DNA of 64,000 nucleotides from positions 4,909,550 through 4,973,549 of the forward strand of contig MU057355.1 in NCBI GenBank assembly GCA_013239625.1, written 5' to 3'. Each line of letters begins with the position of its first letter. Within the stretch, counting starts at the first letter, position 1. Shown one piece after another: positions 11,251 through 25,080 of the stretch. The notes below the pieces were generated by a model, which searched no databases, was not told the DNA's origin, and saw only the letters and a list, made by a program, of their open reading frames with translations. Both the position numbers and the translations under genes were made by a program. Source of the stretch: Lama guanicoe. Its lineage: Eukaryota.

Positions 11251-12345
11251 AGACAGAGAAAGGAATCTAGAGTATCTGGTATTTGGGATAAGAAGAGGGA
11301 AAAGAATACCTAAAAGAGGAAGAGAAAATAAAAGTCAAACAGAAGCCAAGTAGCTAGAAGTTTACCCAGTGTTTAACTTAAGGGCAGAAAGTTTCAGTTT
11401 GATTTTGTCCTCAAGGGAAGCCTGCAGAAAGATTTCTGTGCCAGTGTGACCTTGGCAAACATAAAGAAGGATCACAGCTTTGGTATTTGGGGTGAAATAT
11501 AGGGGAGAAAAGAGGGAAAGAGGTAAGAAATACATGGGGTAGAAACAACAGATAGCAGAAGAGAAACCAGGCCCAAAAGATAATAACCAAAACCAGGTTA
11601 TGAGTATTACAACCCCTAGTTCTTTGACCAATTCTAACCCCTAAGGGACCTCCTCTGAAAAGTGGTTTGTAAACTTCTTTGATAATGGAAGTGCTGTGCC
11701 ACCTTGATGGAGAAAGTTGCCATTTCCTTTAGGGACTATGAAAATGTGTTCTGATTTAATAAAAACCTGAACAAGCCAAAGTAGAATCAAGGCTCACTGT
11801 TCCAAATTAAATTAGGCATTTCATTTCATTAATTCAGTTAGATGCCATTGGCTAAATATAAGCCCCGAATGGTGATTTTTGAAGGAAAAGAAGTGGAGAG
11901 GAGGACAAATGCCCTGAGAACCTAGCCTTCCTTTGTAGCTGCATAGACAAAGCCAGGGTGGATGGGAGCCTTGACAAAGGGATGCAGATAACAGGGCTGA
12001 CATATGTCTTTGGTGAGTTAGCACACAACCTTTAAAGCAAGCACTTGTGTTAAAGCAGAAAGCAACCAGCCTCTACCTAGCAGGAACTCTACCTGGATTG
12101 AAGCATTAGTGTTCGGTTAGCTTAGCCTTTGATGCAAAATTGAGCTCTGTTCCTCATGACATCACCACCAGCTTTTTATATGTGTTCTTACAGTTGTTTC
12201 TCATCTCTGACTTTTGCCTTTAGTGATACCTTTAATTTAATCATCTAAGGTCTTGCCTTGTCACTTTCATTGTCTTTAAAAACAGAGGTCACAGAAACCT
12301 TGTCTTTTCTAAAATAATATTTTTTAATTCAAGAACTCATTTCTG

Positions 12346-13677
12346 GTCTCTTCAGCAAATGGTGTTGGGAAAACTGGACAGCAGCATGTAAAACAATGAA
12401 GCTAGAACACATCCTTACACCATATACAAAAATCAACTCAAAATGGATTAAAGACTTAAACATAAGACAAGATACAATCAACCTCCTAGAGGAAAACATA
12501 GGCAAAACATTATCTGACATACATTTCAAAAATTTTCTCCTAGAAGAAATAAAAGCAAGAATAAACAAATGGGACCTAATGAAACTTACAAGCTTCTGCA
12601 GAGCAAAGGAAACCAGAAATAAAACAAGAAGAAAACCTACGGAATGGGAGAAAATTTTTGCAAGTGAAACCGACAAAGGCTTGATCTCCAAAATATATAA
12701 GCAGCTCATACGACTCAATAAGAAAAAAATAAACAACCCAATCCAAAAATGGGCAGAAGNNNNNNNNNNNNNNNNNNNNNNNNNNNNNNNNNNNNNNNNN
12801 NNNNNNNNNNNNNNNNNNNNNNNNNNNNNNNNNNNNNNNNNNNNNNNNNNNNNNNNNNNNNNNNNNNNNNNNNNNNNNNNNNNNNNNNNNNNNNNNNNNN
12901 NNNNNNNNNNNNNNNNNNNNNNNNNNNNNNNNNNNNNNNNNNNNNNNNNNNNNNNNNNNNNNNNNNNNNNNNNNNNNNNNNNNNNNNNNNNNNNNNNNNN
13001 NNNNNNNNNNNNNNNNNNNNNNNNNNNNNNNNNNNNCTTACCATATGACCCAGGAATCCCACTCCTGGGCTTGTATCCAGAAGGAAATCTACTTCAGGAN
13101 NNNNNNNNNNNNNNNNNNNNNNNNNNNNNNNNNNNNNNNNNNNNNNNNNNNNNNNNNNNNNNNNNNNNNNNNNNNNNNNNNNNNNNNNNNNNNNNNNNNN
13201 NNNNNNNNNNNNNNNNNNNNNNNNNNNNNNNNNNNNNNNNNNNNNNNNNNNNNNCATTTGCAGCAACATGGACGCTCCTGGAGAATGTCATTCCAAGTGA
13301 AATAAGTCAGAAAGAGAAAGAAAAATACCATAAGAGATCGCTCATATGTGGAATCTAAAAAACAAAAACAAAAACAAACAAACAAAAACAAAGCATAAAT
13401 GCAGGACAGAAATAGACTCACAGACAGAGAATACAGACTTGTGGTTACCAGGGGGGTGGAAGGTGGGAAGGGATAGACTGGGATTTCAAAATTGTAGAAT
13501 AGATAAACAAGATTACACTGTATAGCACAGGGAAATATACACAAAATGTTATGATAACTCACAGAGAAAAAAATGTGACAATGAGTGTGTATATGTCCAT
13601 GAATGACTGAAAAATTGTGCTGAACACTGGAATTTGACACAACATTGTAAAATGATTATAAATCAATAAAAAAAAAA
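12346..13677 (+). mobile_element. Young 5'-truncated LINE-1 (ORF2 C-terminus, 3'UTR, polyA)
   Basis: ORF2 C-terminal peptide ([18 protein letters not shown]...[11 protein letters not shown]...PYDPGIPLLGLYP...SEISQKEKEKYH..SLICGI*), stop at 13356-13358; AATAAA and polyA; 15-bp TSD aagaactcatttctg 12331-12345 / aagaactcgtttctg 13678-13692; contains N-gaps 12760-13036 and 13100-13254. Confidence 0.95.
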
Positions 13678-14072
13678 AAGAACTCGTTTCTGTTACCTAA
13701 AGGGCCCTTTTGAATTCCCCCTTAAAAGAAAATGAGAAAAAACTTATAGACGCCTTAAAAAAAAAAAAGCCCAGGGTTCCATTTTCTTTCTAATTAATTA
13801 TAAAATAAAATAATGGAGACTAATTTCCAATAGAAACAAAGATTCTAATAATACTTAACTGTAATGTCTTGTATAAGTCCAAAAGAAGAATGTTCAAAAT
13901 AGTGACGAAGTTGGCTAAGGATGGGGTAACACACATACTAAGCTACCATTTATCTAGAGCTCTAAAGGAAAGAATTCAGAGCTTTTGGAAAATTATTAAT
14001 GTCATAAGGAAAGTGAAACAAACAAAAAGAATTAAGCCCTTGTCATTTAGCACCTGAGAGTGTTTTGCTTAC

Positions 14073-14073
<1 letters not shown>

Positions 14074-14108
<35 letters not shown>
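14074..14108 (+). repeat. Pure poly(A)35
   Basis: Uninterrupted A run. Confidence 0.95.
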
Positions 14109-14110
<2 letters not shown>

Positions 14111-14532
14111 AGAAAATAGCTAAATAAAGAGACAGACAGTTCAAGTAATTTATTGTAAGGAACAGTAATCAACTTCCACAAAGAAAGTATCAAAGAAGAT
14201 ATAATTGGGCACAGCAAATACTTGATGTAAGAATTCTAATTTCAGACTTCCCTTGCCTAAATCCAAATTCCCATGCTTCAATACGTTCAATGAAGAATTA
14301 GAAATTCTTCCCTTTGAGTCAGACCCCAAGCCAGCCACATTGTTTCTGGTTCAGATTTTCTTTCTATGAGCCTGCCCAAAAATAAAGAAAATGAGTCACT
14401 GGAGTAGAAACTAGAGGCCTTAGATTATTGCCTTGCATCTTCAATTAGCTGTTAACAAATAAGTTATAAACTTCGGTAAAAATTAACCAGATGGATTTCT
14501 GAATGTGTGTCCTTCAACCAGTTGCTTAACTG

Positions 14533-14705
14533 CAGGCTGGCTTCAGACCCACGAGTTGCATAAGCGTCCCTCAGTCCCTCACCTGGAAGGGGCCAGCACT
14601 TGGTTGAGTGCTCTGCAGTCACAGTCTTGAAATTCTTAATTTTTTAAGAAGAGGCTCCACATTTTCACTTTGCACTGGATCCCTCAATTTATGAGGCCAA
14701 CTCTG
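14533..14705. mobile_element. MER53 hAT MITE
   Basis: cagg ctggcttca...gcacttggtt.agtgctctgc.gtc...tcttgaaattcttaat...cattttca.tttgcactgg...ctg. Confidence 0.75.
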
Positions 14706-17519
14706 CCTAAACCCTACGTAGCCTCTGTTTCCATATCTGTAGAATCAGGATGGGACTATTTCCAGCACTGTCCCAGCTTCACTGTGTGATGCCACAAGTG
14801 CTTCAGGATCTCCTAGCAAATGAGCACACAACGGCTTTGAGGAGGTTTTTCCGGAATCCCATTTCCAGCACGTATTCTCATCCTCCAAGTTCGCCACTAT
14901 TCCCAGATGAGGGAAACTGCAGGATTTAACAAGCTGGCAGATTATCCTGCTACTGCTTTCTCGTCTCAGTGACTGACCTCTCATTACAGTGCCACCAACT
15001 AGTTAAGTATTGCCACAAGAATGCCACAAACAAACCACCCCAATACCGAGGGGCTAGAACAACAGCTATTATTGTTGTTCACAAATCCACAGTTGGCTGG
15101 CTGCTTCTGCTGATCTTGGTCAGGCCCTGGCTGGGGGTTTCTCTAGTTAAAGAGAGGAATGCAAAGAAGGAAAGAATTGGAGGCACTTTGGCAATAAATC
15201 TGCCAAACTCACATAAACCAGACGTACTACTGCTGTAAATACTCTACCTCAACGACATATCGTTGTATGACCCTAAGCAAATCACTTGAGGTCTCACTCC
15301 ATTGCCTCATCTGTATAAATGAGGGCATCTGGCCAGGGTACCTCTAAAGCCGCTTCTGCTCTGGCATCCTCATAGTTGGTTAACTTCTCTGTTCCCATTT
15401 CAACTATAGTTTCCAACCTCCTCTTTATCCTCTGGACCAGACACCTCTGTATCCTACAGGGCATTTAATCAGAGATGGATCAAAGTGATCAATTTAACCT
15501 ACTTTGATCATTACAGTTCTGTCAGGCCCTAAAATCCTAATTCCAAAAGCTAGAGTTCAGAATTCTCAGGGGAAAAGTTTCAGGTCTCAGCCATGCCAAA
15601 AATCCTCTTGTGTTGGAAAGGGCAGCACATGGGAATTTTCCTGGACCAATGTCTATGGCTCTGTGGCTCCTTTGTCTCTACAGAGCAGACTCCTTTCTCA
15701 TTTGAATGCTCCTGGTGCTACCCCACCCTCCCACAAGACTGCATCAAGCACTCATGACCCAAACCGCAGTGGCACGGCTCACTGCAGGCCTCTGAGCTGG
15801 GGCAGCGTTCTTGTAAATAAATGAGAGGGACAGTGTGTGCTCTCTGAAGCCTGCAGGTCCTGTCAGCTTTATGCTTGCCAATTTACATGGCTTTTAAAAG
15901 ACAAAACTGTAAAATGTCACTCCCAATTTCACTCTGGACAGTCAGATCTTTGCCCAGGCTGGGCAATGTTCATTTATCAAAGTGACTAAAGAGTAGTTGA
16001 ATTTTTTTTTCCCTTGTTGGAATCCCTTTTCCTCTTCGTAACTCATGATACAGCCCTTTCTCTCAGTAAGCTCTCTCATAGGACTCTGTAAGGATCAAGG
16101 TCTTGTTTTATTTTTCTAAAAAAAAAATAGTGAAAGCCCAGGAGCAATTCCTACAAATATCTGCAACCCTGAAGTACAGGGCCAGCAAACGCAGCACAGA
16201 GGTGGATCGGCGTGCTGGATGTGGCTTGCTGAGCACAAGCAGCGGCTGAGTTTTCAGCTGGTTCAGGGGATGGGAGCTAAATTTGGTTTGTGCCGTTGTG
16301 TTTTAAACTCCAAACTGCTTTTGCTGCTGCCAGATACGCCTTTTGTTTGTGCATTCATTTGCGTTTCACTGTCTCTGAAATAAACCCGTCTCTTCAAATC
16401 AGGAAATCTTCCACTAAGCTGAAAAAAAAGGGGGAAAAAAAAAGGAAGAGAGAGAGAGGTGATGATAGAGGACCAGCTAGTCTGTCTTTTACGTGATGAC
16501 ATGCCCGTTTCCTCTTCAGTGGTTTTTGTCATTTTGCTCAAAGTGCCCATGCGTTGGAATTAGGTTGGAGCAACACAGTGGGTTCTTTGGCCCTCAAGGT
16601 GGCTTTTGAAGGTCACTGATGTTTGGTCCTTGACTTTGCATACTGTTCAGTCAGTGCGCTGCTTTTCCCTGTGAGGTCTAGTGCTTTGTTTCTCCAATAA
16701 TTAAAGCAGAAAATAGAATTTCCAAAGCTCCTGGATCAGAGCCTATTAGAATGAATGGGTAGGGAGGTTAGGAGTGGAGTGGCAGTCTGCCCTAGCCTCA
16801 CATTTACATATTTTCACTTTTTGTCTATAAATTAGGTTATATATACAACCACAGAGATGCAAAATTGAAAGCAGGTATTAATCTTGTGCTCCATTCTGCT
16901 TTTAATGTACTTTAATGTTTATAAAACTATAATTATCTCTAAAATAGCATACACTTGTGGTACACTTGTTATGGTAAAGGTTTTAATTATTCAAGGGAAT
17001 ATTTAAAATAGACTGTAAACTTTGTCACCTTATTTTGATTCATGTTTATTTTTTAAATAAATCAGGAAACTCAAATGTTGAAAGCTGCTGAAGCTTCTCT
17101 TAACCTCTGAGAGGCCTTGCTTTGGGCATCACATCCTCTTCTCAAGAAAATCATTGGAGCATCAGAAACAGGAGCAGCAGAGCTTCACATGTTTGAGTCG
17201 GGGTGAGGACTGGGCATCAAATCAGATAAAACATAAATAAGGGCTTAAGTGCTGCAGAGGAGGTGGCATGGTCCCCTGAGAGTGAAGGAACAAGGTGTTG
17301 GACACACCATCCAGACAGGGGACCTCTGAGCTGTCTCTGGATTCCCTTCCACACCTCACTTAGCTCTTTGGATGTCATGCCAACATCTTGGCTTGGCACA
17401 CAAGGCCCTCTGGACCTAGCCCCTGCCCCTGACCACTGTCCAGCTCTTTTTCCCCGTGCATTTGCACCCAGAGCCTTTGCTTTGATCATATCACCAGATG
17501 TAAAAGCACCCTAAGGAGT

Positions 17520-17830
17520 CTGTTGAATATCTCCAGGCTTTCACACATGCTGTTTCTGCTGCCTGAACTGCCCCACCTCTTTCCTCCCCTTAGTGATTTA
17601 ATTTCTTGAGGAAACTCTTATCCATCCCTCATAAATCAGCCTGCATCCTATACTTCTGGGCTCAGAAAGAACCTTGGGGGATAGTTCTATCAATTATGAA
17701 GTTATAATCTTTGCTTTACCTGTCTTCTTCTTGAGGGAAAGGCTACCTTTTAGTCATGATTTTACTCCCAGTTTATAGCACAATGCATGGTGCATGGCAG
17801 AATCAATGATGAACAAATGCATAAATAAAT
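17520..17830 (+). mobile_element. L2 3' fragment
   Basis: ctttcacacatgctgttt..ctgcctgaa.tg...tagcacaatgc.tgg...aaatgcataaataaat. Confidence 0.6.
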
Positions 17831-17839
17831 AAAGTGGAC

Positions 17840-17960
17840 CAGAAGCCTGTTAGAAGTGCAGACTCTTGGGTCTCATCCCAGACCTACCAAATCAGAATCT
17901 GCATTCTAACAAATCCTAGGGGGATTCAATTGCACTTTAAAGTTTGAGGAACACTGATCC
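17840..17960. mobile_element. MER5A/B hAT MITE (partial)
   Basis: cccagaccta...aatcagaatctgcatt.taacaa.tcc...aaagtttgag.aacactg. Confidence 0.7.
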
Positions 17961-19059
17961 ATGTTACCCTGAGTTCTCATTTCTGTAAACATCTGAAGCA
18001 GTGACTGTCCAAGGCTCCGGGTTTGTAATTACTAATGTACCTGCTCTGCACTGTGCTTAATGGTCCATGTCCTTGTGTGTTTGTGTATGCTCACACACTT
18101 CCATTCTTGCCTTCTTACCCAGGAGACCATGGAAGGACCCTTGGCATTCTCTCATTATTCCTCTTGACATGCAGCACTACACTATGCTCTTTGCCCAGAG
18201 TAGGCACTGGGTACAAATTTATGTCAAAAACCAAGGGCCACTGAAAAAAGTAGGTTGTATAAAACTGTACCATACATGTCTCTACAGTAGAACACTTATG
18301 TCAAACTAAATCTGAGGCTATGGGAAGGAGACTAAGGTAAATCACCTTGCCTCTAGAAAGCATCGAGTGAAATATAAATTCTTAGTAAATGCTACAGATA
18401 GCCCTCACCAATGTGGTCCCCAGCTTCCACTACTCTCCTTGAAGGGGACATCTGGCAGTTCATTAGCATCACACTTCCTGATTCATATTCTATATTTAAC
18501 TTTCCTTAATCTTGTCATGCCTAGAGATTTAGCACTGTTTAATGACCCATATTCTTCCTTGGGACACTCAGGAAATGCTTCTCTACCTCATTTCATCCCA
18601 CATTCCTTGAGTTCATACTTTGCAATTTAATGGCCTCAAGAGTTAATGCGGAATAAATGTAACTGTTAATTATTCACCACACTGGGTGGACCACAACATA
18701 TATGCACACCAGCTGAGTAATGAGGGAAAAGAAAAGCAAGCTAAATTCAGTTGGCAATATTTTTCACCTCCTTGGAAAAAATATTCCATAGAAAGATAAA
18801 ATCTGCTACCACAGCAAACAGGGAAAGGAATTGCTGGAGGAAAGTGATAGACGTGGGAAAAGAACACTAGCTTTTATTGAGATTCTGCTGGTGTGAAGTA
18901 CTCCGCTTGGCACTTTATGTACATTATCTCATTTAACTTTCATCAACCGAATGAGGTCAGAATCCTAACCCCAATTTTAATAATAAAGAAAACAAGGCTA
19001 GGCATTCTCAGATTCACATAGCTAGTCATGGAGCTAGGTTTTGAACTTTTTCTTCTTTT

Positions 19060-19500
19060 TTAAAGTTTTCGATTATGGTAAAAAAAAAAAAACCTCATAT
19101 AACATCAAATTTACCATTTTAACCATTTTTAAGTGTATAGTTCAGTAGTGTTAAGGATTTTCAAATTGTTGTGCAACAAATCTCTAGAACTTTTTTTTAA
19201 TTGAAGAATAGTCAGTTTGCAATGTTGTGTCAGTTTCTGGTGTACAGCATAATGTTTCAGTCATACATATACAAACATATATTCATTTTAAAAATCTTTT
19301 TCATTATAGGTTACTATAGGATATTGAATATAGTTCCCTGTGCTATAAGTAGAAACTTGCTGTTTATCTATTTTATATATAGTAGTTAGTATCTGCAAAT
19401 CTCAAACTCCCAATTTAAAAAAATAAAACTTTTAAATCTTTTGTATCTTGCAAAACTAAAGCTCTTTTACCCATTGAGCACCATCAACCCAGCCCTCCCC
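19060..19500 (-). mobile_element. Old L1 3' end with a younger lineage L1 3' end (about 19190-19415) nested in it
   Basis: aatttaccattttaaccatttttaagtgtatagttcagtagtgttaag resumes as cttgcaaaactaaa.ctct.tacccatt after an insert ttttttaattgaag..tagtcagtttgcaatgttgtgtcagtttctggtgtacagc...aaactcccaattt. Confidence 0.8.
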
Positions 19501-20734
19501 CAGTTTCTTTTTTAAACTAATCAAAGGCAGTATTTTGCTCATCTTTTCCTCTCTCTGTGTCTTCTTCCATTTTCTCCACCTTCTTATGGTGCCATATACT
19601 TTTTGCTGCTCTGGTCTATCTCAATCGTGGGGAAAGGGATCTGAAGATGCCACGGTCTCAGGATGTTATCTTCCCTATGGAGTCTGTGAACCAAGCGGCA
19701 AAGAATGGATTGTCAGTGGAAGAAAATGAGGGGAAGACTATTTGGTTCTTGTAAGGCTGGAAATTTACTTGCACATTTTGCCTGTGTGAAAGCTCTCTAT
19801 ATTGGCCATTGTTGCATTGAGTCGTGCCTGTCCAAAATTTTCAATTTTCCACTCAACCACGTACCTGCAGCCAGGAGTCTAGTACTGCTGTCTCAGCAAG
19901 GGCACGCTTCCAAAGATCTGAGGGTAACATATACACACTCAGTCTGGGAGACTGTCTGGTGGCCACGCCCATGAAGTGAGGTTGTCTGTCCCTGTCTGGC
20001 ACCAGACATGCATTCCATGAAGATGAGATGGTGAAAAGGTATTGTGGCCTGGAGTGCAGGTTCACACAACTTTGAATCTGGCACGGTGACTTGTCTTATA
20101 CGATCTTTGCATAATTCTATTTAAATGAGCTATTTATTAGATATTCAAAGAAAGGAAAACATTTTCATCGATGTACTAGAAAGCAATCAGAGCCTAGAGA
20201 AATAGTTAGTAAATTCCAGGAGGAGGAGCGGGTATCCCCCAGAGCCTGCTCTCTCCAGAGTCCTGTGTCACCAATGGATGCCTCTTGCAGCCATGGGCTC
20301 ATTCTAGGCAGCCAGCATCCCACACTCCAGCCAATGGGAACACAAAAGGCATAGTTTCTCCCTGGGTTTCATGTCACCAAAGATGATATACTCACTTCTT
20401 TCAGATTCCGCAGCACAGCTTTTTGAGCTTGGTGAGAGCAGGAGCTTCCTATCATTGTTCCGAAGCCTTGAGGGGATGTGAAGTAGGCAGAGTTGGTTTA
20501 AACCCAGCTCTACAATTAATAGCTCAGTGACCTTGAATGAATAGGATAGCTTTTCTGTATGTAGGCTTATTAAATGAGATAAATTTGATGAAGCACTTAT
20601 TTTCTGGGATTGCTTAATTAATGTGCTGTTGTTATTTTTATTGTCTTACTATTTCCATTTCTCATACTATATCCTGGACTAAGACTTAGATCCTCTGATA
20701 TTCTCCAAGAATGATCCTCTGTTCTGTTATACTG

Positions 20735-20940
20735 GAGGACTGCCAAATCCAGCCCACCACGTTTTATAAATCAGGTTTTATTGAAACACATACATGCTCA
20801 TTTGTTGATGTAGCGAGTCTATGGCTGCTTCTGTGCTACAATGGCAGAATTGAGAAACTGTGAGACAGAGACCTCATGGCCCACAAAACCCTAAATTTTT
20901 ACTCTCTGGTCCTTCACAGAAAGATTGCTTACACTTAAAA
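20735..20940. mobile_element. MER58A-like hAT MITE
   Basis: gccaaatccagccc.cc...ttttattgaaacaca..catgctcattt...gtctatggctgctt..tgctacaatggcaga.ttgag. Confidence 0.8.
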
Positions 20941-23259
20941 GATAAAGAATGGTCTAGAATAAGATCAACATAAGAGCAGAAGTAAATTCTAAGGACAGGG
21001 TTTTGACATTACGAGGACTTAGAAATTGCCTAGACTTAGGAGTGAAAAGATAGGATTCAACTTTCACCTCTACCTTCTTAGCTGGATAACACTGGACAAA
21101 TCATTGTAACCTGTATTTAACATTCTTTCTGACAGACACCAAACCAGGTACAGTGAAACAACACTTTCTCTGGCCGTATAGTACTTGTCTTCTGGCTGGG
21201 AGGACAGACTGCTTGATGTAAGGTGTAATTTCCTAATTAATCAATCTCTTTGTAGTAATTTCTTAAGATACTCATTTAAAATTGTGAAATCATACACTAT
21301 AGAAATAAATGCTTATATTTTATAATTCTGCCTTTGGCTGAGCCTGGATCACAGACACTAAGTTGTACATCTTTCAGAATATAGCTGGTTATTTGCTTTT
21401 ATTCAAACAATGGATCAGCTGAGTCCCTCAAAAGAAACACATTCACAGAGTTGGACACGTTGTCTGGTGAATGTGACACATGCAGAGATGCTCACAGGAT
21501 GATTTAAGCCTTTGTGCATTTACAAAACAAAGTTCAACCAAGCAAAATGGTGCTCTGTAGGAAAAACCCACAGACCACACGTAAATACACATCCACCTGG
21601 CTCAGACTCATAAAACTACTATGAAAAGAAAATGCATGTCATTAGATGTTTTTCTGTAGATGTTTTAGTTTTTTTTCATTTAGATAGCATTACTTTTTGA
21701 AAATTACAAAGAATAAGCAGGCAAAATGTAACTTTTATTTAAATTTTTATCTCTAAAACACATTTCATCTGAATGACAAAGAACTGCTTATTTGTTCTAA
21801 CACTAGGCCAATGTCCCATGACACTTTTATAGGTCAATTTATCTAGAGTAAATATGCATTAAGAACACATCACTCCTCACTAATTTTATTAATAAGTTTC
21901 TTCTTGAGTTTTCACTGCACTGTGGAAAGACTAATAATGTGTTACAGATTTATAACCTAGTATAAGATCTATCAATTTCCCTATTAAAAGGGTATCACTT
22001 TCTTAAAAGAAAAAAAAAAGGCTCTTAGATGCTGGCCAGTCTACAGGCATGTCTCCCAGTTCAGTCATCTGACCATGGTTTTTACACCCTGTGCACAAAA
22101 GGGACATTTAGTATGAAAGCAGTAAATGAAAACTAGAGGCTGTTGTCAGATTGTCAGCCATTGTGCTCATATTAATAACCACAGCAGCTGTCTGAGGCTC
22201 AAATTAGCATCTTTGAAACAAGTTAAACACTTTTACCACTATTTAGAGCCATTTCAGAGACAACAACCAAAGTTTATGTTGAACTTTTTTGCTGGGTGGC
22301 CTTTAAAATAAAAATATCTTCAGAAACCGAAACTACCCTTTTTTCTGAGATGCTACTATGGAATTAGCTGATAAATCCTCATTTCCAATTAACTAAATGT
22401 TTTAAAAGGAGGATTCATAGGCACGTTAATTTATGCCACAGCTCACATGAACTCATGTAAATTCCTGGAATTTTAAGATAGAAGAGAATGTCCCCTGGGA
22501 CAGGCACACGTCTCACTTATCAGGTACCGCAAAAAGAGCAATAGTATTCCTGACTGCTCACCCTGGCATTTGAAGAGAATAACCATTTCTGGCAAAGACA
22601 GCAATTCATGTTGGAGCCAGGTGAGTCTACCTCTCTGAATCTCCTGGGTTGAGAAAGAGGATTAGCATCTCTCCAAAAGAACTATTTCAAAAGCACGATA
22701 ACTGGCGAAAATAAAAAGGGGGAGTCCGTCTTGGGATTTGAGAAAACCTGTGACTCGATACAGATGAGCTGGCAATGAGTAAGTCAGTCATTGTGTCAGC
22801 TGCCCCCGAGGAGCCTGACAGCGCTGACTTCAGGCTGTACTGCTTAGGTTCTTCATATGGCCTCTTGGGACTTGTCCAGGGGAAACTTGCTGTGCTAAAC
22901 TCCTGAAACGAGTTTCCCAAATGGAACAGTTGTAAGACACAGCCCAATACCTGGGAGCGAATGAATTTATCTACCAAATAAGGAGAGACAGCTGAATATT
23001 TTATTCAGAGGGCAAGTTGTTTACCCTCCGTTTCAATCTAACTCTTTAATTTCCGGAGTAATTAAGTAGATGGATGTGCTCTTCCATTATTCCCTTTGTA
23101 TTTATGCTATTGGGAAACACCAGATCTACTCCTGGGAAGTCAGAAGTCCTGGATTCTCATCTTGGTTCTGCCCTCATTACCCTGTCTATCTCACTGGAGA
23201 ATTAGAATAAGTGGGTAATCTGTATAAAAGCCTTTTGAAAAATGTAATCATCTATTTAT

Positions 23260-23470
23260 TAGATAAGCATTTATTAACTCCCTACTGTGTTCAAGCATAA
23301 CTACACATGTGTCATCCCATCCTTAGGACAATGCTGTGAGATAAGTATTTTAGATGTAAAGACAACGAGCTTCAAAAAAAGTTATGTAACTTGCCCCAGA
23401 TTTTTATAGCAATGATATGAAAAGCTGAGATTTAAATTCAGGCCTTTTGAGTCCAAGTCTGTACCCACTT
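23260..23470 (-). mobile_element. MIR SINE
   Basis: gcatttatt..ctcc.actgtg...gttatgtaacttgccc. Confidence 0.6.
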
Positions 23471-24921
23471 GGCTTCTATGTCAAGTTGCTTCTAAATTTA
23501 CACTAATACATTAAAGACTGCTAAGACTTAAATGTTTTATATGTAGTTAGCTGGTAACTTAAATGCTTTAACTCAGGGAGCCCTAACTTCTTGTGTAGAA
23601 GACGGTTCTATTCATTTTCTTGAAAGCTGGAGGGGTGGTGCTCACAGGGGCTGGTCAGTAGAATAGGTGAGAGGGCAGTGCTCCTCCTGCATGACACTTG
23701 CTGAGATTTCCAACCAGGGGAAACAGAATAGCAGTGAAGATGGTGATGGCGACTGGCTTGGAGAGCTACCATATAGGCTGCTTTACATCTCTTACTTGGG
23801 TATTAACTTTCTGCGAGGAAGTACAAGCTGTGAGAATTCTGTGGAGTCCTAGTGGAAAATGTTTTGAGGGGACCTTTTCTTAGGATCCCTTAAATCTCAG
23901 TGTGGGAAACCCCCAATTCTTAATGCATAATGCCAACATAGTTGCAACCTAAACCTTTTGAGTATATTCATCCTATCTGAGTCATATAGGCATAAATGAG
24001 GGGTTTTAGTTGTATATTTTATCCTGCTCCCATTCAGCTCAATAACCTTCCTTCTGATTATAATATCTGTTCCTCTGATCTCCCTTTTTTCCTTATTATC
24101 CCTACTTCTTCTCTCCTCTATACACACTTATCTCTATGATCCTGACCCTAGATTCTGGCAACCTGATGCCAATGGCTCTGTTCATTAACAGTTTGGAATT
24201 AGAGTTGTCCTCTTAAAATCATGCCTACAAGTCCCAGTGGAAATAAAAGCTCTTTGAGTAAGAACTCAGTCTATTCCTAGTCAGTGACCAAATAGCAAAG
24301 ATGTTTCTTTGTTTGGAGTATTTACATGGATTTAAAAGCAGTTGGGTTGGAACTAGATTTAGGAGGTTTTCTTATAACTATTCCTTTTTAATAGGGAAAA
24401 AATAACTAGACCAAAATGTTCCCAAAGAATCCCAAGGGGCTACTTAACCTGTGTCTCTGGAATTCTGTGCTTTCTCACATTGACCTTCAGGTACTGGGGA
24501 CAGAAAAAACTAATGACTATGTGGCTATGTGAAGCCAAATAACTTCTTGTGCTCAAATAAGTATTCCAATGTATGGGCAGGAAAAGGAGGTCTAAAATGA
24601 GCTCTCCTCACATGTACTTTGATTGCTATTCTTTTTTCTCTGTAAAAGAATTGCTATTCTTTTTTCTCTGTTTGCTCCTAGGGCATCTGTCTTGTCAGTG
24701 TAATTTAATGCCTATCAATGTGGTGATGGAGAAAGTGAAGTGTCACCATCCCTTGTTTCTCAGCTATTCTTTTACCAAACGGAAGTACCACTCTAGAAAA
24801 AGTACTTTATAGGTCTGTAAATGAAGAGGTAGGAAAAATGTATCTCAAAAGTGTGGCCACTGCTGGTCTCATAGGTAAAATAGCTTTAAGCAAAATGGAA
24901 GACAGCTCTGCACAAGTTATC

Positions 24922-25080
24922 TGTAGTGGGTTGAATTGTGTTCCCCAAAAATATATGTTGAAATCTTAACCTGTGGTACCTATGAATATGACCTTATCTG
25001 GAAAGAGGGTCTTTGCTGACCCAATCAAGTTAAGATGAAGAAGTGGATTAGAATGGGTGTTAAATCCAATGATGGGTGTC
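24922..25080 (+). mobile_element. MaLR LTR 5' fragment (MLT1B/C-like)
   Basis: tgtagtgggttgaattgtgttccccaaaa...gaatatgaccttat.tggaaa.agggtctttgc.ga...aatcaagttaagatga. Confidence 0.8.

Noticed and set aside
12329-13640. Long ORFs in the track (135-320 aa)
   Set aside because: L1 ORF2 fragment, its antisense, and artefacts of N-gaps; not host genes.
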